Below are positions 52,836-64,000 of a DNA stretch of 64,000 bases, piece after piece. A program made the translations under genes and the position numbers. Below the pieces are notes generated by a model. The model saw only the letters and a program-made list of their open reading frames with translations. It searched no databases and had not been told where the DNA came from. This DNA is from Carcharhinus amblyrhynchos (Eukaryota): NCBI GenBank assembly GCA_965287045.1, contig OZ336881.1, positions 53,072,001 to 53,136,000 of the forward strand, read 5' to 3'. Positions within the stretch are counted from its first letter, which is position 1. Each line of letters starts with the position of its first letter.

Positions 52836-54910
52836 ACCTTTCATTGTACATTGCAATACGTACAGAAAGGATGCTGCATAAATAGGTTCAAGCAGTTCCA
52901 ATGGACCAGAATTAGAGGTCTTTGGGCTGAAAATCAAGTTGCAAGTGTAAAAGCAAATTAAAAAAGTCATTCTGTAGTTCTGAATGAAAGCCTAACTTTT
53001 TTTTGCAACTCAGCTTGCAATATTAAACAGGCATTTCTCTGTACACCACAGAGTTTGTTTGCATCATCGCATAACAATATGCACCGAATGGGCCAATGTA
53101 CAAGATCACAGGATGAAGCAGTTTGGCAACACACTGGCTGCCGTCTTAAGAATGAGAGAACTCTGGATAAAGATCAAACAGATCCAAAGTAACCCTAATT
53201 CCCCACAACAATAAAGATTATTGCATTTGACTCTTTCTCGATGAAAAACAACACTCAAATTCTAACTTTCTCTGTTAATCCCACTGAAAGGCTGTCAATT
53301 CATCTCTCGCAACGGAACAATGCAAAGCATTCAAATAGTTACCCACGACCCTCCCACTGAATGAATGTTCTCCAAGAAGATACCACTAAAGTTTTTTGCA
53401 TGGTTCTCCAACCCTAACTTTGCACGCTTCAAATCACTTATAGAGGTCTACTTCACGGAGGGAGGCTTGGAAAGGCTCGCATGTAGGAGCCAGAGAAGAC
53501 AGTTTAACATCATTCTTGGACAACAATCAGATTTAAAAGTATTGCAGTAAATCAATACTCCTAATATTACTGAATTCATGAAATTTAACATCAGTACAAA
53601 GGCTCTGTTATGGTTCTTTCACTAATTTCCTTCTGATTACAGGAAGTATTATAATTAAGTATAATGCAATATTGTTAAATGCTCAGATCAAAAGAAAGAA
53701 CTTGCATTTATGCCAAATACAGAAATCTCTGGAAAAAAGAGGGTAGAGGTTATAAGGTCTTTTAGAAAAATTGGAAACCAGTACTAAAATAAAAGGGCCA
53801 AATCATACCAGAAAAAATGGCAGTGTGTTATTTCTGGCAAGAAAAAAGCTGGTTTTCTCTCCAGATCTCACAGCACACAGTCAACAAAACGTTACAGGGG
53901 GCATATTTCATGCTGTCATACAGGGGGTGGGACCTCAACATGCCGGCAAAACCTGGCTGCACAGAAACTGGGACACCACCTTGAATGGGCACCCTGATCA
54001 TCACCTAAATACATCTGAGTAAACCTCCCCATCAGCACACCGCAGAGGTCTGTAGCTCCCCATCCCCGGTGGGAGTCATTACTTTTCTACCACCCACCAT
54101 CTCCCCCGCGCCACCCGCCCCACCCCTCACCATTGGCCTCTTCCCTCCCCCACCCCAATCACAGGACCCTTACCCCCCCCACAACTCCCCCGATCATCAC
54201 TCCTACCCCCAAATCACTGGCTCCTTCTCCACTCCTACCGCCCACAGTCTGAGCTCGCACGGAGAGCGAGCATGGGCTCAAGACCACAGTCAAGCAGTCT
54301 TCCCTCCGAATTGTCATTGTTGCAGGTTGCAGAGTAGGTAATTATTTTTATCTTTGTCACGGGCAGTTTTTAACTGGGTCTCTCTCTCATTTTAGCTCAT
54401 TCTGACCTGAAGGTGCTGATTTATACCCAGCCACAAGTCACCCTCCACTACTTAGGACAAGTACCTTTTATCAACATGTTACGCAGGACAACGAGTGCTG
54501 CCAAGCCATGCTTGGCATCGCATCTGAGTCCAATCTTGTCGTCAACTACCATCCAAAAATGTGAACTTTGCAGACACCAGATCAAGAACAGATACTCAGC
54601 AACACTGTTCTATTTTTATTGGGTCTTCAAATTCACTGGTTTTACGAGTCCTACAATTTCATATTTGGCTTTCCACTGCCTGTGCAATACCAGTTCTAGA
54701 CAACACAGCCTCATACATGCAACACACCAGCTTCTGCCAGAAGCTGCACATCTTCACTCAGCCTTTGAGGACGAGAAGAGCGGCCCTTGATTTCACTTGC
54801 TTTTAGTTCCGAGTTGTAACATAAATCAGCAAACAATTTTGTTTCCAAAGAATGGCAGTCACAGTCAGATTGCCACCCTGCTCCTAGTTCCTTATATTGG
54901 AATGCTGCTG

Positions 54911-55464
54911 TACCTTCCTCACTCAGGAGGCTAAGGAAATTTGGCACGTCCACTATAACTCTCACCTAATTCTACAGATGCACCATACAAAGCATTCTTT
55001 CTGGTTGTATACAGCTTGATATGGCTCCTGCTCTATCCAAGACCGCAAGAAACTACAAAGGCTCGTGAATGAAGCCCAGTCCATCACACAAACCAGCCTC
55101 TCATCCACTGACATTGTCTACACTTTCTGCTGCCTTGGAAAAGCAGCTAGCATAATCAAGGACCCCACACATCCCGGACATTCTCTCTTTCACCTTCTTC
55201 CTTCGGGAAAAAAAGATACAAAAGTCTGAGATCACGTACTGACTCAAAAACAGCTTCTTCCCTGCTGTCAACAGACTTTTGAATGAACCTACCTCGCATC
55301 TAGTTGCTCTTTCACTACATCCTGTCTATGACTGTAACACTACATTCTGTACTCTCTCCTTTTCTTCCCTATGTACAGTATGCTTTGTCTGTATCGCGTG
55401 CAAGAAACAATACTTTTCACTGTATATTAATACATGTGACAATAATAAATCAAATCAAATCAAA
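54911..55464 (+). mobile_element. Rex1/Babar-type LINE 3' fragment
   Basis: LRRLRKFG...FYRCTIQSILSGCI...QDRKKLQRLVNEAQSITQTSL...IIKDPTHPGHSLFHLLPSGK; tail tgtgacaataataaa(tcaaa)3. Confidence 0.87.
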
Positions 55465-56186
55465 CCCAACTTTCCAACTCAGGCTGGGTGTGAGGAGTGC
55501 AGTGTAGCTGCCCAGGAATCCTCTCAGGTGCGTGCAGTAGAATCGAGGGAAATGAGGGCACACCGGCTTTGTTACCAGTACTAGATGCCATGAAGCAAAT
55601 AAGTTTAAAGATCGAGTTAGTTTGAGAAGATGGGGAGAGGTTAGTGGGTAAGGAAAGGGGGAGGTGGATTAGGAGCGGGGTCAGTTGGTCCATTGGAGGG
55701 AGGGGTGTCAGATGGAGAGGGTGTCATTGTAGGTCAGGAGGGTAATCGGGCGAGGTGGGGCATGTAGTTGGGTAACTGGGGGGTGCACTCAGGAGGACTG
55801 GCAAGGGGTCAAGGGTTCAGTACTATCTTTACCCAGGATTTTAGAAGTGATTTTAATTGTTCTAACTTTTCCTAGGTGACTATCCTTGTTATACAGTCAG
55901 AACCACCTGAAGACTGATTTAAATCCAAAGGCAGTGCCAAATGACTGCAAAAACAGGAGAGAATCATGCCGATCTTTTGGGCAAGCTCCCAATCACAATT
56001 ACAAAAAAAATTAGCTGAAATGTGATTTGCACCAGTAGAAGGAGGGGCGGAGCCTGTTCTTGCTGGGAAGCCATCTGCTAAGCTCTAAGGGTGCCACTGT
56101 GCAGACACTCCAATCTCCCAGTGCACTGGGAGAGCTCCTTATTGGGACAAGCCGGTAAAATCACCCTCCCGAGTTTCAGATGGTTC

Positions 56187-56350
56187 CATACGACCAGAAG
56201 ATGTAGGAATACAAATAGGCCATTCGGCCCATTGAATCTGCTCCATCATTCAACGAGATCATGGCCGATCCGATATAAACCTCCACTTTCCCACCATATC
56301 CCCATAACCCTTGATTCCCTTACTGATTAAAAATCTATCTCGGCCTTGAG
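56187..56350 (-). mobile_element. CR1-clade LINE 3' end
   Basis: taggccattcggcccattgaatctgctccatcattcaacgagatcatggc...ccccataacccttgattcccttactgattaaaaatctatc is the reverse complement of a typical CR1 3' terminus. Confidence 0.8.
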
Positions 56351-56899
56351 CATACTTCCCCATGGAGATTTATTGCTCAACAGAGATTGGGTAATTGCTG
56401 TGCAGTCCTTAAGTGGGGACTTTGGAAGGGTCCCCCAGCACATCTTTGGTGTACCCCTTGGGAACGATGCCCGAGAGATCGGAAATTATGAGCCATTACC
56501 TATTACAGGAATTCTAGCGATAATCCTCAAAATTAAGTCAATTCAGTTTCTCGACAGCAGTTAACATTTATAGTCAACTGTATGATTATATTTATCTGTC
56601 CTCTACAGAGTCAAAAGCTGCTAAAATTGACAGCCAGTTGCTCAGTATTTTTGCTAATATCCACACAACAAATTATTGTTTCTTATTGTCTCCATTAGGA
56701 TTACAGAACCTCTCTCTCTTGAAAATAAAGGCAAGTGAATAACTCTCATTAGTCTACTCAATTTTTGCATGTGTGTGTATACATGTCTGTTTTGATATAT
56801 GTCTGCACATATTACACATAAACCTGTTACTCTTTTCAGATAGATTCTACCATTGCTTCATAATCAGTAAACGATTATTAACCCCAGAAGCTACTGAGA

Positions 56900-58500
56900 A
56901 GAGTTAACAGAAGTTTGATGTCTGAAGCTGCAGTTACACTGCCACTCTTCAGTCTGAACTTCCTCTGCAGCAGCCAGTGGTTGGATGGCTTCTGTTGGTG
57001 CCACAATGGAAGTTCTGACCATCAGCTGGGTCCCAAAGCATTCCAAATGAAGTGGGCTACCACTGCCACACTGGAAAGTTCAACCTCCAAGTGCAACAAG
57101 GTCCCGTGCCAAGTTGGCACTTCTTGACAGTGATCACAGGTCTGCCAATTCACCAAGCATTTACATGTGCACATCCACTAGTCTTTATCTGCAGGCCACC
57201 CCCTCAACGTCTTCACTGGAGTTCTCTGTAGCAGAGCTAGTGTGCAATTTTGCCTTCAGCTGCTCTGGCACCTGCACTGCCCTTGTCCTGGCTGTAGGTC
57301 ACTTGTCTGGTGCCTCACCACATCCCACCTCCAAGCTGTCTTTGAAACCGTGCACAGTGTCAGTTTCTGAGCCAGTAAATATGAGTTGGAGATCAAGTGA
57401 TGGTATTCCTTCATCATCTCTGGCTTTCTGATCTTCCATCTCTTTCTTTGCCTGATCTGGCTTTCGATCTATGATATAAGAAAGAAGAAAGGCACAAAGC
57501 TGGGCATGAGGAGTGGGGAAAACAAGAAATGCATGCTTACCCCATCTGCAGTTTGTAAATCATAAAAGAGTGAAGGATGAAGGAAGAGAATTAAGTATGA
57601 GCATACCATCATCTTCAAAGTTTTCAGCACTGCCACTGGTCATGACCTCAAGTCATGGCTGCTCCAGTGATGGCCAACATATCTCTATGGGCATGCAGAC
57701 ATGCCTGTTTCCAGTCGGTTAGCTCCAGCTGCCTCCTGTTATGTGCCAACTTGCACGAAAGAGGGGAAGCCTATCAGTGAGTCTGGTGCAACTGTTTAGG
57801 TGTTGTGACTGGCATGGTTGAAACACTGGCAGTGTATGCAGTTGGTTTGAGCAGTGGCTCATTAGAGTTTTTCAGCAGTGCAGGGGTGGTGCATTGCGTA
57901 GTGTGTGAGACATTGAGATAGCTGATGCAATATGGTATTTCAAGATGTGTGCACTGACCCTGACCGATCTTGCGAGGTCATTGAACTTGCAGCACTGTAT
58001 CCAGGTCCTCGAGGCTACACACTTGGCACTGACAGCCACAAGGAGTTGCACCCACTGTCAATTGCCTGTGTGCAGGGCCATGGGGCCCACAATGTGCACA
58101 GATGACATCTCACATCCTTTGTACAACCTTACCCTCCAGTGCAGCGATGGAAAATCACAGAATGTGCTCTCTACCATGATGTGCCATAATTCAGTGTTCC
58201 ATTTTCTCACGCTCTATTCCAACTAGCTCCAGTGCTTTCTTCAACCAGAATGCTGCTTAGTGCTCACTTTCCATGATCTCTCAGATGGCCAGCCATTTAG
58301 CAGCAGGCTTAGCACTGGTTGCACATGACAATGACTTCAATAAGCAGGCAGCACTGCATGAGATTGCTGAAGCCAATACTTGGGGTGAAATGGCTTTGGG
58401 TCGCTCCACCTTAGCAGTGCCAAGCTGATCTTGATAGATTTCCCTGAGCAAACAGCACCAGGATTCGCTATCTGCGCAGCCCACCCTTCACTAAAACAGC
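56900..58500 (-). mobile_element. Second Harbinger relic, Myb/SANT-like gene portion; boundaries approximate
   Basis: Reverse complement near 57960-58180 gives FSIAALE...QWVQLLVAVSAKCVASRTWIQCCKFNDLARSVR|gtcagt; shares nucleotide motifs with 23957-24000. Confidence 0.65.
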
Positions 58501-59124
58501 CATACTGGAACAATATTCTCCCACATTCTTTTGTACAAGTTCAAACACAACTAACATGTTCTTTTTAATGGAACATACTGAAAACTTCAGATTTTTCACT
58601 TTTACTGTTTTCATCTTTTTGCTTTTTAATTGGCTTAAAAATGTTTGCGGGGACTTACAATTTTGGAGATTTTTTTAATTTCAAAGATGAACACTCGGGC
58701 AAAAAATAAGGAGCGACTACATAATCTCGCCTTAATCATAACTGAAAATGACCTCTGAGCGTGTACTGTTAAATTATAACCTGCGCCACACACTGTATCA
58801 AAGTGCAACACAATGTTAATTTATTGGCCTAGAAAGTGCCATCTGCCAAATTTAATCATACTGACAAGATGGAGGTAGGCAGGGCACAGTAGAAACAACA
58901 CAAAAGACAAACTGTCAAAATAACTGGGGTGGATTGATGGAACTTCAGCCTTGTCAATGATTATTGACCTCAAGAATAGAACATGGCTGCTGTGACTGAG
59001 AGAATGTGAAAAGCAGATCTGAAGCCACCCTTTATGAAGAACGGAAAAAATAGTATCGTTGCTTCGCTGTTTAAGATATTTGAAGTCAAATAACATTGAC
59101 TGGTACATTAAAAGTTGCAATGAG

Positions 59125-59456
59125 TCATAGATCATAGAATCCCTACAGTGCAGAAGGGGGCCATTCAGCCCATCAAGTCTGCACCAACCACAATCCCACC
59201 CAGACCCTATTCCCCTAACTCCATACATTTACCCTTTTAATCCCCCCCCCACCCCGACACTAGGGTCAATTTAGCATGGTCAATCAACCTAACCTGCACA
59301 TTTTTGGAGTGTGGGAGGAAACCAGAGCACCGGGGGAAACCCTTGCAGACATGGTGAGAATGTGCAAACTCCACTCAGTGACCCGGGGCTGGAATTGAAC
59401 CCAGGTCCCTGGCGCTGTGAGGCAGCAGCACTAACATCTTGTGCCGCCGTACTACC
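59125..59456 (-). mobile_element. HE1-like V-SINE, tail type B
   Basis: catagaatccctacagtgcagaagggggccattcagccc...ccctggcgctgtgaggcagcagc. Confidence 0.93.
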
Positions 59457-62302
59457 TTCTCAGAGGTTTTTCTAGATTTTAAAATTCAGTTTCACAACTT
59501 TACTTGAACCCATCATTTTTATCCCATTTCGCCACAGAGGTCACGCGCCACTCAAGCTATGGGCTGTAGATCTTTTAGTTGGTGAGATGGGGAAGTACAC
59601 CTCCAGCATCATTCACAAAGTTTTTTTTAATCGTTTTTGTTACCTTCCTTAGTCCAGCTCCAAAATTCTATATATTTAATATACCCTCCCTCAACGTCTA
59701 TACATGAATAAGCCATTGATTGAGCAGATTTGCTTGTGGGATTCTCTGTCACTGTACATGAAGATATGCTTATAGGGAGCACTTCTGTTATAATAATGCT
59801 GTAACATCTGGTGGAATATATATTATTTCCTGACTAAGATGAAGTAAATTCAAACAGATGTGGAGGATTTACCCAACAACTGGGTAGTAGCGCTATCCTA
59901 CAGCATTGAATTCCTAATTCAGAATGAGTTCAGATTTACCCTCTGAGGTTTTGGTCACTTGTACAACATTAGGGAACACAAATCTTTGTAGAAATACTTC
60001 TGCATGTGTTTTCTCCCACTCCACTTGAAGAGGACCAACTTAAGATCAGGTTCTTGTTCAAAATACTTTCAAGCACAAAATCAGAGCTCAATTTCTCAGT
60101 TTCTAACCTAACCAGATCATATAGGTTGAGTGGGTTAATTCAACCGTGCAAGTTTACAGCATAGAACACAGAAGCCTTGGCATATCTCGCCTGTGTCAAA
60201 CCTCCTTCACAACGATCCAAAGCTAATCCCACTCTGTCCAAAGCACCAAAAGAACTGGATTCCCTCCTTCAAGAATAGAGGGCATTTTAACCTAACCGCC
60301 CAGCGATGAAACTGAAGGGTTCATGTCGGACACCCCTCCTGATTCCACTTTCTATTGAGAGTTGATCCGGCCCCAAGCAGATCAGAGTTAAATTACCCCA
60401 GGGACTTTCCGTGGCAGGTGAATCAAAGCTGAGGTAGTGGGGAAGCTCGTCTCAATTTTTCCCCTTTGCCACCCAATAGAACTATTGAGAGCATGGAGCG
60501 GCGCAGAGAAGAGAAAAATGAAAAGTAAGCAAAACTGCATGAAAAAAAATCAAAATTTACATTGGCACAGTTTGTGTCATTCAACAGACATTCTACTGAT
60601 GCACAATTAAAGGAGCATTTAGTGAGGGACAAACTCATTCCTCAACATTCTGGTATTTGATCGACAAAGATGATTTGATAAGAGGAAGCTTTTGTGTGCA
60701 ACAATGATTTTCCGTTAAAGATGTTCCCGGTATGAAGCTGTACCTGAAAGCTGCGGATAGTGCATTGATACAGCAAATTTTCTGACTGCTTCCATTATAA
60801 AGTTAGACACCCAAGTGTAACTTCTAAAAGGCTATCATTGCATCTGACATCACCTTTCTTACTGTATATTTAGAGGCACGGACTGTGCATCCAAGGCAGA
60901 GCCAGTTATTATTACACACTTGTTTTGGAAGGTGAGATGCTTCAGATGCTCTTCATTCTTTTTATTTAGTTGTGACTTCAGTTGGCAAATGTGTTATCAT
61001 GGAACAGGCTGCGCGAATAAGCACCTCTGAAGAAATGCAGCACATGCTGAACACTGACCTTTAGAAGCACAATAAAGTTGCAGTAACCCAATCCTAGAGG
61101 CCAGGTGCACCAGATATATAGGGTTTCTGCTTGGCTCTCAGCTGTTCTGAATTTATAAGGGGGGGTAGGAAAATGGTACTGCGTCCATGAGGGAATTGTC
61201 TCCTGCTAATCAACACAGTGACACTTCACCGAATAGTGTTGGGCTGTGAACGCCACTTTAGAATTTTAAAAAAATGAGGGGTCCCTTCGGGAACGGGTAA
61301 AGTCATTACTACCGGGATATCTTCGGACAAAGCAGCAAAATTAAATAAATCTTGAGAAACATGCAAAACAATTGGAATGCAGGGTTGGAAGAACAATGCC
61401 TGCACAAGTAAATTTACTAAAAACAAAATCTTGGATGCACAATCCCACTGGAGTCTATAAGCTTCGAAATCACACTGCCATTCTATGACAATTTAATCAT
61501 CAAATCTTTTTTCAGTGTTATTTGGAGATGTTCAGGTAACAAAGCCCAGTCAATATCTCATTCAGGTGAAGCTTCGAAAAAAGCCTAACAAACCTGGGCT
61601 GGCGGCCAAGCCTTTTGAAAGTGCAACAGTGACTGAGGCTCACTTAACTGAGCAAAGATTTGCTCTGTTCAGCGGAGGAACTTGACTACAGCAAAACCAG
61701 TACTGACAGCGAGGGTGCAGACCTGAATTCTAACAACGCTGTATCCAGTCTGTGTGCAGGCAACTGGAACTGGCACTCACACTGCATGCAAAGGGCCACA
61801 GCCTTGCTCCTCTTCAGGCTCAGCTTGTTCTGAAGGCTAACATCAAGCAATTAGTATAATTAATCTGAGACAATGAGATGTGTTACCACTTATCAAATTG
61901 ATTGTTCCTCCATCAAAACAAACTGAAGAAGCTTCTTCCTGTAAGGTACTGTATAATTTCACAAGATGATTCAAAATGTCATGTTGCTGCAAGCCAATTA
62001 GAAGCACAATCACTATCTGCGGAATACATGATTTAGATTGGTTTAGCCATTCTGCTTAGCGCATTAATAGAAGTAGTTTTATGTCTTGCAGCATTAAAGG
62101 AAACGACAAATCTGAGGCCACAATATGTTCACGTGGTGCTCAGCTTTCCAGGCATATTTTAAACAGCACCAATAACCAAATTCTCATGTCAGATCTCAAT
62201 GGTTCAACAAAACTCAACACTCAGCAAAGGCTCAATGGACTGAATGGCCACCACGTGTGCTGTAACCATTCAATGACTCTAACAGTGAAGGATCATAGGA
62301 CA

Positions 62303-62625
62303 GAATCATAGTATCCCTACAGTGCAGAAGGAGGTAATTCGGCCCATCGAGCCTGCATTGATAACAACCCCACCCCTTCCCCCAACCCCCTGTATTTATG
62401 CCACTAATCCCCCTGACACCAAGGGGCAACTTAGCATGGCCAATCAACCTAACCTGACACATATTTCAGACTGTGGGGGGAAACCGGAGCACCCAGAGGA
62501 AACCCACTCAGACACGGGGAGAATGTGCAAAGTCCAGGCGGAGAGTGAGGCGAGGCCGGTATTAAACCCGGCTCCCCTGGCGCTGTGAGACAGCAGTGCT
62601 AACCGCTGTGCCACCGTGCTGCCCC
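62303..62625 (-). mobile_element. HE1-like V-SINE, tail type B
   Basis: ccctacagtgcagaaggagg...gaaaccggagcacccagaggaaaccc...cagcagtgctaaccgctgtgccaccgtgctgccc. Confidence 0.93.
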
Positions 62626-63165
62626 AGAGTCTGTACATTTTACACCTCTCTTCTCCATGACCCACTTCCTAGTTACAATCCAAACAGAAATGTTCACATG
62701 TTCCACATTACAATTGTTAATGGTTTATTCCCCTAATTCCATAAAATATTAGACTGACAACAAATTTAACTTCAGTTAAAATGGGCTCCAAACAGCCTCA
62801 ATTCAAAGGCACCAAGGAAATTAATAAGGTTCTCCCAGTTATATTTTCATAACTTATTCATTTAGAGTCAATATGCTCAATTGACATCATATAAACTCTG
62901 AAGTGCAATGGCATCTAGATTCACCCTCCGGAAAAGAAATATTGAAATAATTTTAAGCCTCGCGAGTGGCTTGGAACGGATTCACGCAAACCCCAAATAA
63001 GGAAATGCACTCTTGAAACAAAACTCGTGTGCAGCATGTAGTCTCCAATACTGTGGCTGAAAGGCTGTGCAAGGACCCATCCCTTCAAATGCCTGCGTCA
63101 TACACGCTCTTAATTGTCTACTGTAAAGTGGGAGAGAGAAGCCGACACCATAATTCAGCCTGACT

Positions 63166-63460
63166 GTGGGTACAGTGGTTAGCACTGCTGCCTCACAGCA
63201 CCAGGGGCCCAGGTTCGATTCCCGGCTTTGGGTCACTGTCTGTGCACAGTTTGCACATTCTCCCCACGTCAGCCTGGGTTTTCTCTGGGTGCTCTAGTTT
63301 CCTCCCACAATCCGGAAGACATGCTGGTTAGGTGCATTGACCATGCTAAATTCTCCCTCGGTGTACCCGAACAAGCGCCGGGAGTGTGACGACTAGGGGA
63401 TTTCACAGTAACTTACATTAATGCAAACCTACTTGTGACTAATAACTGAACTTTACTTTA
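63166..63460 (+). mobile_element. HE1-like V-SINE, tail type A
   Basis: cagtggttagcactgctgcctcacagc, B box ggttcgattcc, tail gtgtacccgaacaagcgccgggagtgtgacgactaggggatttcacagtaac...cttgtgactaataa. Confidence 0.93.
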
Positions 63461-64000
63461 ATCCAATCCCCTCTGCAGCCGACACTTAGAAGCTCGTGTA
63501 AAGTTGATGCTTTCCATGTTACCAGTAAAGTGCATACACTGAGTTTTCCTGCTGTGTTCTCAGTTCACGCCAAGGGACTGCGAGGTGTTAAGTTCCACGG
63601 ACTTTCTTTCTAGAAAATCCAAGGGTCTGTTGATATTTAGCCGCAGAGATCAAACACCACTCATGCAGGACATAGAGAGAATATGAAAGGACATGAAGTG
63701 AACAGCGCCAGCAGACACACTGTTCAGTTTCAGTCAGACATAGCCCACTGCCACTGCCACCACCTTTCACAAAGCTAGACATCTCTTTATGTCAGAACAA
63801 ATTGGGCATTCTTCAAATCATTTTTTTTCTCTCTTCTCTCTCTCTCTCCCGATGACAGAGGGATTCAAAGCAGGGAACAGAGCGTGGAAATGACTGTGAA
63901 AAGACTTCGCGGGGAAATCGCGGGATTGTTCATTACACCACAGCGATATCCTGAACTGGCAATGATCACTACTCAGCTGCGGAACAAGACAGTTTATTAA

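Noticed and set aside
53795-56170. C-rich (54030-54300) and G-rich (55630-55810) blocks as a possible large inverted element
   Set aside because: The complementarity is only compositional; ends and TSD could not be fixed. Probably decayed DNA-element pieces.

Overview
Eukaryotic genomic DNA, AT-rich and mostly intronic, almost certainly from a cartilaginous fish: it carries many HE1-like V-SINEs plus CR1, Rex1/Babar, RTE and PIF/Harbinger relics. The window holds the 5' part of ESRRG (estrogen-related receptor gamma, NR3B3) on the minus strand: promoter/5'UTR and coding exon 1 (35373-35428, MDLVELCLPESFSLHYDEE), exon 2 (10303-10715, A/B domain and zinc finger 1) and exon 3 (7769-7885, zinc finger 2). 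I did not find the hinge or ligand-binding-domain exons, so they probably lie beyond the left edge. Nearly all other ORFs in the track are spurious or transposon-derived. I see no prokaryotic-type system. The best leads are (i) a candidate N-terminal isoform switch made of an overlapping strong-Kozak uORF, a 52-nt frameshifting cassette exon and a 42/49-nt exon with its own in-frame ATG; (ii) a foldback with ~380-400-bp arms in intron 1; (iii) one SINE body carrying two different LINE-type tails; (iv) candidate recursive-splice motifs. Repeat-family names and human comparisons are from memory, not database searches, and repeat boundaries are approximate.
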